A stretch of 64,000 bases of DNA. Source: Perkinsus chesapeaki ATCC PRA-425 (lineage: Eukaryota > Protista > Perkinsozoa). The notes under the pieces are model-generated. The model was not told where the DNA came from, did no database searches, and saw only the letters and a list, made by a program, of their open reading frames with translations. Made by a program: the position numbers and the translations under genes. The stretch lies in NCBI GenBank assembly GCA_013115145.1, contig JAAPAO010000102.1, forward strand, positions 1-64,000, read 5' to 3'. This document shows, piece after piece, positions 50,221 through 61,060 of the stretch (its first letter is position 1; each line of letters begins with the position of its first letter).

Positions 50221-53200
50221 ACTGTCCGCACGGCGATCATGTACCAAATCATCGGACTCCTCGTTCGGCGGAGGCTCCGGGTCGGGGACTAGCCTACCGC
50301 CAACGGCCATCCGACCGACGCAGGTTCGATTCCCCCTCATGGCATTTTACCTTTCTGACGATTTCCTCTTTTCCCTGTCGTAGAGCCATTCTCTATATGA
50401 TGCTGCTGAGGACTCAGACGCTCGCCGAGCATCTTGAATGTCAGGGCTGATCAGTCCCAAAAAGGGAGTTCCCGCCGTGGACAGTCTGACGAGAAAATGT
50501 CGCCGCCAGGGTTCGAACTCGGGTGCCCACCGTCGCATGCTATCCTGGACCGAGTGTCTCACCGACGACCTCCGAGATACATCTGGGGTCCCTACCGACT
50601 CCGTCTTATCACGCTAAGGAGCACAATCGTCCCATTTCCCGCGCGCCATGAAATTACCTCCGTGCCCTCAACACTATCTCTTTCGCCCGTTTTAAAACGA
50701 TAGAGAAACGTTTCCGGAAACATCGTTCTGGCGAATTCCGCGAACGAGATCGAACCCGACATATCTTCGTCGAACACCTGGCACACTGGGTGTTCAATCA
50801 ACCTTCCAGGAATCTTACGTGGAAGAGCTCAATGATTCGGTCCTCTCTCAGCCCTGTTCCCATCGTCGTCATCATCAGGCGAAACTCATCGATGTCGATC
50901 TCACCGGAGCTGTCTTGGTCAAAAGCCTTGAACGCTTCCTCAACCTGATTTGAGGGAAAGTCGGTATGAGATCCTTTCAGCCTCCACAGCAAAAACGATG
51001 ACAAGCTTAGCAAGACCTGTCCATGCTCCCAGTGGAGGAAGAAACCCCCTCAGGCCAACCAACATTCGGGGCCTTTTCCTATCCACCTCTGCCGTCCATG
51101 AACCCGTAGTGGGACACACAACATGTGTCGTTTTCTATCAGCTGCATATTTCGAGCTACACTTTCTATAATATGTCCCCGTCAGTAATATTTATCGGGAG
51201 AAGCAGAAAGTTTCCGCGAGGTGGCCCTATCTCCGTGGGACCGCACGAGCCCTGGTTGATACCGCTGATGAGCCATAGCCAAGGTCCGTGAGCCTTTGCT
51301 TAGTTTTCTCAACCACCAGGATCTTATCCCTATCCAACCACACCAACGTGAAATTGGACCCCACAATCGACAGAGGCATCGCCATGTACCTAGCAAGGAA
51401 TAAAATAATAACAACAATCCCGCACGGGTTCGATCCCGGGTAGCTCCATTTTGAACTTACATCACTCCAGCTATTATGAGTACAGCACTGATCAACTGAC
51501 CAGCGACAGTCTCAGGCGAGACATCTCCATACCCAACAGTGCTGATGGTAACTATACTGAACCACATAGCCTGAGGAATACCTAACAAAAATCATGAAAC
51601 ATGAATCGCTTCGCTCCGCTCATTTTCGTTACTGTCAATTTTGGGGTTGGTTTCCCGTTCAAAAAAGTATATTAAAGCTGCACTGGAGATAACCATAATC
51701 AACAATAAGAATAGCGGCACCTGAAGACCATACAGATGGTGTAATAACAAGCCCGAAGCTCGCTCGCCACCACGGCCTTCTAGTGGCCACGATTCCGCTG
51801 GTAGAGCTCTTGAGCTTGAGAACTGGGGGATATCGAACAGCTGGCTGGTACGTAACGTACCAGTCAGCTGTTCGATACCTTGAGGGGCACGTAATGTACG
51901 TTAAGTGCAGTGGATAGCGGGAGAGAACTGGATCGAGAGCAAAGCATTCTTTATAGGTTCCGGAGTCCATGGTAGGAACGCATACATGTGCGGGCCTATC
52001 TATGTTGGGGAGGAACGAAAACTTTAAGGAAATTCCAGAAAATTGCGAAAAATTTTTCCATTTTCCGCCATTAACAAGAGTACTTATCAGAAACCACTGG
52101 CGAGGTAATGTCACTCCTCGCCTGACTGAAGGAGCGGATGGAACCTTTTCCATCTTTTCTAACTTTTTTCGAACGTGTCGAGCTGCAAGGAGCTACGCGC
52201 TGACATTGCACTCACCGGAAGGGACTCCGCCGACATGCTCAAAGCACGGATGAGTAGCTGAAAGCCATCGAAGTTTCGGGTAACCTGTGACGCTTCGCTC
52301 CGCTAAATATGTTTGCGACATTTACCTTCAATAGACGAAGAATAGGCCGAAGGATGTTTATAAGCTCAAAAGCGGCATCTTCCTGGGCCTCGGGGAACAA
52401 AACCCAAATATAAAATGGCAGAATGGTTAATATCTACGTGCAATAATCGATCGACGCGAGTTCGAATCCCAGCTAGTACATCAATGCAATTGTAGAAGTT
52501 CCTCAAGAACTTCCTCCTGTTCGGGTACACTGCTACTCGTATAAGCAACTGACCCGAGAACTCCACCAACACTGGATTCCGCCGTCCCACCTCAGCCGTG
52601 AAAATCATATTAACAACGACATCTATGGTCGTCCAAAATCCATAATTATGATACTCCGGCACGGTTTGCAACTGAAAGCACCTAACGTCCACCGGAGATA
52701 AAACATGAATTTGAGCCCAGATACCCTAGAAATGACAACGACTTCTCGAACTGGGGATATCAAACCGTGATGTAACCATACGATTTTAATGTGATGTAAC
52801 GACTAGCTCGAATAGCTCGATCGAACTGGGGAAATTGAGCAGCTCGAGTACAGTCTATCTTTTTTATCGACTATCCCGCACTCGATAGAATTCTGTTCGT
52901 CAGATCATTCGTCCTTTATAACTCAGGCTTCGCCTATCTAAACTCACGGTGGTGAACACCTCCGCCCAACCCATCAAAGTAATGCTCTACCAACCTCACA
53001 AGCATCTTTGGCGTTATTGCCTGTCGATATAACTAGACAATTTTATGCGACGTGGAAGGATAAGGTTCAAGTGACGGGACCGAACAAATTGGGCGATATC
53101 ATCCGATTCTGTGAGATTCTTCCTCCGTGCTGGCGTCCAACGCCAAAGGAAGTTCTACCTTGTCAAGATTAAGATGAGAGTGATGCTAAACATTTCAAAT

Positions 53201-53866
53201 GTTTCATACAAAATTGTTTCCCGTTTATTCCCTTCAAAGAAGTAAAGAACGCCAGCAAGCCATGCCGATTTGCTTACGATAATCGCAGTGACGGAAGATA
53301 CGATAATGAAGCTCATCATAGATGAATAGGCCAAAGCCATCCGACTGCTATCTAAAAAATAAAAATACCGCGACAGGGATTGAACCAACGCCCTCTATAA
53401 TGGAAGTGAGGCGCTTTCCCTGCTGATCTAGTAGACCTCCTCCTACTTGGCTCCTCCATAAATAACCAGAGCCTTTCCCGCCATGATCGCGTTACGCCAA
53501 CTCCTCCAAATTTATCAAGAAGTATCCTCCTCGAACTACGCCGTCGCATATCCACCTGATTTATACGTGCTTCAACCTAAGATACCTCTCCATCGAGCGC
53601 ATCTAGAGTTCATTACAATCCATAAGCGGAACTGAATTCCAATTTTCAACCGCAAAATGCAGTCAAGACCATCCTTCAGAAGTAAGAGCGTACTCGACCA
53701 CACATGTACGAGCAAAACCAATAAAACTGGGCAGAATCTTGGTCAATTCTTCCCGACTCCCTAGTGCTAAGAACTCAGGATAAAAAGTATATAGTAATGA
53801 TTGTAGTGATAGGTGACTGTGATGCAGTGAATGATAGTAATGATATACCAGGATTGGTAAAACCAC
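50221..53866 (-). CDS. Voltage-gated K+ channel (6TM, TVGYGD filter) with C-terminal EF-hands
   Basis: WRERLWLFMEEPNSSRMA; IDILTILPFYIW; ILRPILRLLK; AMWFSIVTISTVGYGDVSP; GVMYMAMPLSIVGSNF; EAFKAFDQDSSGEIDIDEF; VFDEDMSGSISFAEF. Both ends are approximate. Confidence 0.88.
53366..53437 (-). pseudogene. Degenerate tRNA (TCC loop, Gly-like) filling a 95-nt intron
   Basis: TAGATCAGCAGGGAAAGCG (D-arm-like), CCTCACTTCCAT (anticodon-like), GGTTCAATCCCTGTCGCGGTA, then TTTTT. Confidence 0.55.
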
Positions 53867-54689
53867 ATCCTGTCATTAAGTCGCAATTCCACTTCAGCGT
53901 TATTTTACACTTTGTCTTCATAACTTAGCTCTGCCAACTGCCGTACCGTTCTTATAGAGCTATGGAGCGTACGAAAAAGGCTATCTAGTCGTGTAAGTTA
54001 AAGTTTAAGGAACGAAGATGAATAGAAAAATAACAGATCAATGCTTTCATATAATGTTTAATAAAATACCAAGTGAATGAGTAGTTCAGTCTCCTACATG
54101 ACCCCTCGAAATACGGTTTTTCTATCAGAATCCATCCCAGTATACTACTGTAGGCCTCCTCTCATCATCAGAAGGAACCTCCGATTCGCAGACCACTACA
54201 CTCTGTCTGGAAACAGTAGTCGAGCCTCTGAAAATTGCACAATTCAATCTGTCCCCTCCAGGCCTCAGCCCAGCAATAGGCATTACGTTGCTCGCTTTTC
54301 ATGTTCGTCACTATCTGGCGTTTCTAAACGCTCATTAGCCATCGACTGGTGTTCAACAGTTCAAAGGAAGGACAACTCACAAACTGCGCAGATGTAAAAA
54401 GCGCACGCCCGACTAATCGATTTAGCGCGCAGAATTCCTCGGCATCAAATGGCTAGAAAATACATCATATACTTGACCATACGGGTAAAACTAGGTGTCG
54501 TAAAATTATGTTATTGGTTTGCAAAGGGAGATATCATTCATCATCAGATGTAGCTAAATTTCCTGTGACCTTAGCGAATTCATCCCGGTCACCTCGGGCA
54601 TTCTTTAAAAGTTGGTATCACAGCGGTCTGTCCCTCGATTTTGCAAATCATATATATTATCTGTCATGGTTCACATACATCCCGATTCA

Positions 54690-55157
54690 ACGATCCATCT
54701 GTTCAGTCATTTCGTACATTATGTGTTTATATGTCTGTTGTGCCTGTTGCTGCGCCAGTGGTGCTGGCTGTATGGCCTATCAGTGCCGAGGTGATGCTAG
54801 AGAAATGAGAAAATTAGAAAAAGGCGAAGCCAGGTAAATCCTCATTGAGCCTCACTTTACGATCGTGAGTCCATCCTGCACCCATTCGACCAGCTCCTCC
54901 AGCCCTCTGGAAGGTGAAAACTGTAGAATAGTTGGTTTTTGCAAAAATATTTCGATTCCGGGATTATTCGACATAGTACCGCTTCCTTAAGAAGATATCT
55001 GTCCCCTTTTCAGACGCCTTGAATTCCCTCCGGAAAGCTTCTCCGCACCAGGCGAGCCTCTACTAACAGATGAAGACGAGCAGGATTATCGGCAATATGA
55101 AAATGCCGTTTTCGTAGAGAAATCGGCAGAGTCGGGGTCACTGAAGATATGGTAATA
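54690..55157 (+). CDS. Hypothetical Cys-rich membrane protein (partial)
   Basis: ISYIMCLYVCCACCCASGAGCMAYQCRGDAREMRKLEKGEA plus a downstream exon PLLTDEDEQDYRQYENAVFVEK. Confidence 0.4.
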
Positions 55158-55702
55158 TACGTTGGCTCTCCAGGAATCCCTTAATGAGTGGGTTTACTCA
55201 GTAAAGTAGCGCGTAATGAACTAGTCTACTATCCGCGTAAAACTCGATCTGTCTTGGCTCTAGGGCTCAGTTATGTTGATAGTACTTCCTATTAGGCTCT
55301 TCCATCATGTAGCACTCGTAGTAGTATGGCCATACAATTCACTCTTTGGTATTAACAAGTAGACACGCCGCTGCTCTAAATCGAAAATATGTGATTGATA
55401 CTCTTGCACAAATTCAGTATTGGTGATTTTGCGATCTTCTCGGTTGGCCACGAGAAACCGAGTCCCAGCGTCGACCACTGCTGAGGGGCTTAGCGCAGTC
55501 GCGGTCTGCGTAGGGTAGTACCAAATTAATTTGGATTGGGGGATAAAGTCGTTATCGTTAAGCTGTGCAAAAGCAACATAAGAACGTCGAGACAGTGCAA
55601 TGTAAGTTGTATGATTGCGCTGCCCATACCTTTTCCAGAAGGCTTAAATTATTACCATAAATCCGTCTGATCGTATTGTTTTATACCCTCTCTGTTCCCG
55701 TA

Positions 55703-57668
55703 GGTACAAGACATATTTCCCAGCTTCCGAGGGTGACATCACCTGTATTATAGTTGGTTATCATCCTTATATAAGCAACTCGGAGTATCTAATGAAGAAC
55801 CATGCAAGGTGGGTCCTATCTCAACCTAACCTCGAAAATATCTTTGCAGATGCCTTCGACATTTCGAAAAGGCCGCTGTGATATTATTCGATCAGCCTAG
55901 TTGTGGTCGAAGTGACGGTCTTTGGGGGTAGTAGTGACCGAGAGGGCAATTTTGAGGTAATTCTTGTGCAGGTTCATGCCCTCCTGGGAGGACCATGTTG
56001 CTTTGACTGAGAAGTTCGTACGCAAGGTAACTCCGGGCGTTCGGGGAATAAGGAATATTGCAAACCAGATGCGATGTTGCCCCTTGGAGTGCTTGGCCTT
56101 GATTCTCTCCGCAGTGCCATATATTGTGCGAGCGTAATAGGTCATTTCAAAACCCACATCGCTCCGCTAAATAATACGGAGATTCCGAAAAAGTGGAAGT
56201 TTTGTATCTTTAGAAGTCAGCTTCGCAGGATTTGTGTGTTTAGAGTCATCCTTTGTTGTTCGGTACGGCTCGTCTCGTCCTGCTCCGCCGTGTCGAAGCG
56301 GCTTCTGCTGTCCGTTACCGCTTCACACTTTTGTTTTGTGTCAGGTCGTTGTCCCCCTTCGAGACCGTATAACCTCCGAGCAGCATAAGTTCATACCGAT
56401 TTATGGTTTCGGTGAGGATATCGGCGCTAATGTCCTCGCCACATCTGCATTGCGATCGTAAGCCGTTGCGCATGCGTGCATTCCATACCGCTCTCTCCTC
56501 TAGGCCTGATATTTATAACGGTATCATTCTGGCCTCTCCCTTCATCCGCGATGGCGATGCGGTTAAAGCTGGTGGATTCGCTAGTAAGTTGTAGACAGTC
56601 ATTTTCATACCGCTCCTTCCTATTCGAACCTTAAATTATTGCACAGTATCCTGCAGCTCAACTCTGACAGAATGCGGTTTTTCTATCAGATTTTCTGGCC
56701 AAATGTGAAGGCTCCATCTTTCCCAAGTACCCCGGCGCGCCTTTGAAGGAGGCTTTAGATAAGCGTTTTGTAGACAAGGACTTCTCCGACTACACCAGTA
56801 AGTTGCTCCTTACTAGCTCACACTCCTACCGACCGAGTTCATGAGAGGCCAAGATCTCTCCAGAAACCTAAGCCCTGAAATCAGGCTCGAGAGCTTGATT
56901 ACGCATAATGTTTTTCGGGAGTATTTAGTAGCGATCGTATTTCGTACAGAGAAACTGGAGGGGCTAAGAAGTTCCATCACAGCTTGGGATTTGGTCTGTT
57001 ATTGTTGTTGCTAAGATGGATTATGAGGATCCTATAGGTACCGAGAACAAATTAATGTGGAGAATGCCGCTTAGAATGAAAACAAATAAGTCGATCAAAC
57101 AGGGACAGAAATGGCTCGAGAAACATTCTGCCGAGCTGACAACTCCGATCTTGGTAGGGGTCTTTTTCTAGACTGGCGAGTGGGATGGGTTGATTTGGCA
57201 GATTCTTCAATCGTCCAATGATAAGATAACTTCGCCTGACGGATCTAAGCTGCTGTATGATTTGTGTGGAAGTAAAGACAAGTGTATAAAGATGTATGAT
57301 GACTGCCCCGAGGCGGGACTAAAGTAGGGCAGCCGAGGATCGAACCGGGGTCGTTAGCATGACAGGCTTGTGTTAGGTATGCTCACGAACTGCTCAGTGC
57401 AGAGCCTGCTGAAATGTCCAAGCCGGTCTATAATGACATCACGACGTGGGTGAGTGCTCGTAAAATCCGTGCAGAACCTCTTCATTCGTCAACTCCACGA
57501 GGACAACATACCGCAGCTTCAACTCCTCAAATTGCACCCTCGGGGGCCGCTTCGGCCGGTGCCACCCAAGCTGCTCCTTCGGCCGGTGCCACCCAAGCTG
57601 CTCCTTCGGCCGGTGCCACCCAAGCCGCTCCTTCGGCCGGTGCCACTCAAGCCGCTCCTCATAATTGA
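55703..57668 (+). CDS. Alpha/beta hydrolase (monoacylglycerol lipase / Hydrolase_4-like), paralog 1; the true start lies upstream
   Basis: GYHPYISNSE; LFDQPSCGRSDGLW; FMPSWEDHV; IYGFGEDIGANV; GIILASPF; LTTPILV; GLKYAHELLSAEP; Ala-rich repeat tail. Confidence 0.8.
57549..57659 (+). repeat. Coding 27-bp tandem repeat (APSAGATQA x4)
   Basis: The unit GCTCCTTCGGCCGGTGCCACCCAAGCT/C is repeated in the last exon of hydrolase 1. Confidence 0.9.
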
Positions 57669-57743
57669 GGTTTATTTATCAGTTAGCCAACGATTCATTT
57701 AGTCGTTCGGCATTCCTGTCTTGTTTGCACTTTATCTACTCTT

Positions 57744-59711
57744 ATGCTGTCCTCTAACTCCGCGAAGGTTTCGTGTGTCCTATTTTGTGGTGTTGTTGAG
57801 TTCCAGTCAGTATACACCCGACAGTATAGAAGGATCAACGACTGGCAGACACTTCACCATAAACGAAGAACTCTCTAGCCCACCAAACGTGTCGTGTCGA
57901 AGGTGTCGCAATTGCTCTGAAGCACTCTGCGCGTTGTTGATAGTTCCTCTCGGAGAACCAAAACCTTCTCACCATGGGCCTTTGCGATCGCCGAAACAAG
58001 ACAGACCTGACGACAGGTGCCGGCAGGTAAGACTGGGAGTCTCAGCGACGGCTTCAACACCTCTCAGGCGCTTGGCGTTCCAAGAGGAGGGGCATCCGCA
58101 TCCAGACGAACCACTGCTGGAGGCTGAGGACGAGAAAGGCTGCTGGGAAAAGGACGGCATGGTGACGGTGAAACAGAAGGGTCAAGATGTTCAGCTGTGG
58201 TAGGGCGCATTGGTTCTTTTTGAGGTTAGTTTAGAGAAAGCAGGTATAGAATTTACAATCTCCCCGAAGGCGAGACTCCGTCCTGTATCATTATTGGCTA
58301 TCACGGCTACTCTGATCACTCTGATTTCCTCATGCACAATCATGCCAGGTTGGAAGAGCTTTTCTAAGGGAGAAGTTGGGCTGCCATTTTAGAGTCCTAC
58401 GTCACAATAATAAGGCCCTCGTCGTTCTCTTTGATCAACCTAGCAGCGGCAGAAGTGACGGCCTCTGGTGGTGGGTCGACATCTTTGTGTTAATAAGTCT
58501 TCAGATGCAGCTGTCAGGTACATTCCCTCCTGGGAGGAGCACATCGGCGCCACTGAGCAATTCATTGACAAGGTGAGCTGTTGAAGAAACCTAGAAGCGA
58601 CTGAAACGTTTATTGAGCGCTAAAATATATTGGTCTTAAGTTCCTCTACTGGAGAAGCTCGAGGAGGCTTCTCTCAGCCGCCGACACAAAATATCTTTTT
58701 CAGATTGCAAAACCCCTCCAGAAAGAGATAGAAGACAAGGTCGAGATGAAGGTCCCAATGTTCGCCTTGGGTGTCTCCCTGGGCGGTGGCCTGGTCTGCC
58801 AAGCCGCAATAAGAAGGTCCGTCATTCTGTACTATATCATCGCATTGCCTTCTGGTCAGGCCTGAAGTTTACGATGGCGTCATTTTAGTAAGTCCCATGG
58901 TGAAGGTTGATGAAGCCATCAAACCACCAAAGTTCGTCGGTAGTTATATCTTTTTGGTTAGCCAGAGGTAGCTTCGATTCTCAGAGGTCACTTTTCGAAA
59001 GCTCGGCGGTCTGATGCCGAAAATGCCGATAACGCCTACGAAGGACATTCTGGACAAGTGCTTTGTGTACAAGGATTGGGCAGACTATGCAAGTGAGAGT
59101 GCCCCCCCCCTTGGTTTTCGGAGCTAAGCCGTTGTGTTCAGGAGACAATAACAAGTTGCTCTATCCAAGCAAGCCTCGTCTTGGGACAGCCATCGAGATT
59201 CTTTTTGTTCAAGATTGGCTCTGCGAACATATGGAAGATCTCAAGACGCCCGTCTTGGTGAGTTCTTGTTCAATCGAATGACCTATGAATTTCGTCGTAG
59301 ATTTTGCACGGCAAACATGACCAAGTGACTTCGTGCTCGAGTTCGGAGGAGCTCTTCAGAAGATGCTCCAGCGAGGATAAAAAGATCCTCATCTACGATT
59401 CGGACTCGGAGACCGGAGAACGGTGAGCCTTTAATTCGGGACTTGACAGCTTGGAACCGTTGGCAGATACACACACGTCATTTTTGGAGGCCAGCCAGCG
59501 TGCATGTCAAAGAAGGTGTTTGATGATGTACGGGATTGGCTCAACGAAAGAAAGTGATTTTTTCAATATTTTACTTTCAAAAAGGGCGCGTTGTGTTCTC
59601 GCAAGTTCGGAGAGCCTTGAGGAGAAAAGAACGGGTGATACACCAGAACCGCCTATCAATAACGGCTTGCAGCCCCGGGAGCGCCGGCCGTGGCCGATGG
59701 ATGAGGAATGA
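57744..59711 (+). CDS. Alpha/beta hydrolase (monoacylglycerol lipase-like), paralog 2
   Basis: GYHGYSDHSDF; VVLFDQPSSGRSDGLW; YIPSWEEHI; PMFALGVSLGGG (GxSxG); PRLGTAIEIL..DLKTPVL. The ends are approximate. Confidence 0.82.
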
Positions 59712-59809
59712 GGTCGTTCATTAAAGCTTGTTCACACGTATTGCTCACATAGAAAGCACCTATCTCCCGGTTAGTGTTTCCAGGGATAACGCATAGAAGT
59801 GGTTGTCCA

Positions 59810-59877
59810 GGAGCCCGTTCAAGTGCTCAACTGTTCCGAAATGTGCGCTCGGAAAAGTGGGTACTTGAACGGGCTCC
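59810..59877. repeat. Long hairpin with a perfect 15-bp outer stem
   Basis: GGAGCCCGTTCAAGT ... ACTTGAACGGGCTCC, with further inner pairing (TTCCGA/TCGGAA). Confidence 0.8.
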
Positions 59878-59929
59878 AGGAAGTCTCTACTGATTGAAAC
59901 TCAACCCTTCAGTGTATATCGAGCTGCAA

Positions 59930-61060
59930 TTACAATGATGATTTTTTGCATACAAAATCAAGCCACACTCCACTGGAGCTGCTGGCAACATACGCTTCAG
60001 CATCAGCAATTAGCTCGGATGCTGGACGCCACGAGGATTTTCCAGTGAACACGTCTTGTTGGACGACTGGCGATGGGCCAGAGGCGCAACCAAAGGGGAC
60101 GAACCGCGGACAGTAAAGCATTTGATTTGTTACCTTCATCATCTGACCATACCCAAGATCCACGAGGGACTCAATGGCGCCAGCAACGCTCTCGGCTGTA
60201 CTGAACGGCCCTTCTAGCTGCAGCAATGCTGGCCGCTGTTCGACAGGGATAAGATAGAAAGATGCCAGGCACGCCAAGTCGTGGCCTTGGATGTCGATCT
60301 TCATGAACCGAATCGGTCCGCTGGTTCTCGTAACGCGTCTGATGATTTGGGCGCACGTTACTGCTTTGACTTTCTGAACTTTCCTGCATTGCTGAGAGTC
60401 CCCATCTGCGAGAACGTGGGTCATTTCCCAGTCCTGTTCGCAGACCTCGACTGCTGCTGAGGTGACGTTGCGAACTACGGCGAAGTTGTACGGTATCATT
60501 TTTCCTTGCGCAACTTTGAGTTTGAACCACTTGTTGAAGTGTAGCGATCGGATAGCTGTGGGATTGGCGTCCACTGAGTGTGTGGTGAAATTTAGAGATA
60601 GAAAATACAGCGTATCCTGTCCACGGTCCATACCAAGGTCGATGACTGTCCCACCAGTGGGAGCATCGAATTTGCGTTGCTGCAAGGTTGAGGCCGTCGT
60701 TAGCATGCCATCAAGTTTGACTATCGAATTGATATCCGCCTGGCCGATTGAAAGTTGCTGCTGAGGCGGTTTGGCGAGATCTCCTTCCATGTACTCGAGG
60801 AGCACCCGAGAGTAAAGGGCGTAATGCATTATCCACGGGGACACATTATGACGGACGGTAAAGATGTCGCTCCAGCTTGGTTCCTCGGCACAATCCGTAA
60901 GGATGAGATTCATCAAGTGCAGGCCTGCTCTGACTGTATGGGCCTCTTCAACGTTAACAGGCGCCCAGTATTGCCAAGTATAATAGGACAGCAATACTGC
61001 CGAAATGCAGGCCCCTTCGCCGTTCACTAGTCCCAGCTCGTCAGCCACTGTACGAGACAA
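59930..61060 (-). CDS. FkbM-family SAM methyltransferase domain in one long exon; probable extra 5' exons to about 61916
   Basis: VIDLGMDRGQDTLYFL..SVDANP, FMKIDIQGHDLACL, and a C-terminal FGCASGP..WLD. Confidence 0.7.
   Translation of the reverse strand: MSRTVADELGLVNGEGACISAVLLSYYTWQYWAPVNVEEAHTVRAGLHLMNLILTDCAEEPSWSDIFTVRHNVSPWIMHYALYSRVLLEYMEGDLAKPPQQQLSIGQADINSIVKLDGMLTTASTLQQRKFDAPTGGTVIDLGMDRGQDTLYFLSLNFTTHSVDANPTAIRSLHFNKWFKLKVAQGKMIPYNFAVVRNVTSAAVEVCEQDWEMTHVLADGDSQQCRKVQKVKAVTCAQIIRRVTRTSGPIRFMKIDIQGHDLACLASFYLIPVEQRPALLQLEGPFSTAESVAGAIESLVDLGYGQMMKVTNQMLYCPRFVPFGCASGPSPVVQQDVFTGKSSWRPASELIADAEAYVASSSSGVWLDFVCKKSSL

Noticed and set aside
51820-52830. Three GAACTGGGG(G)A motifs (about 51823, 52747 and 52827)
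   Set aside because: Too short and irregular to support a repeat family or tRNA remnant.
55897-56157. 86-aa minus-strand ORF with protein-like composition
   Set aside because: It is the antisense shadow of the hydrolase-1 exons DQPSCGRSDGL and FMPSWEDHV.
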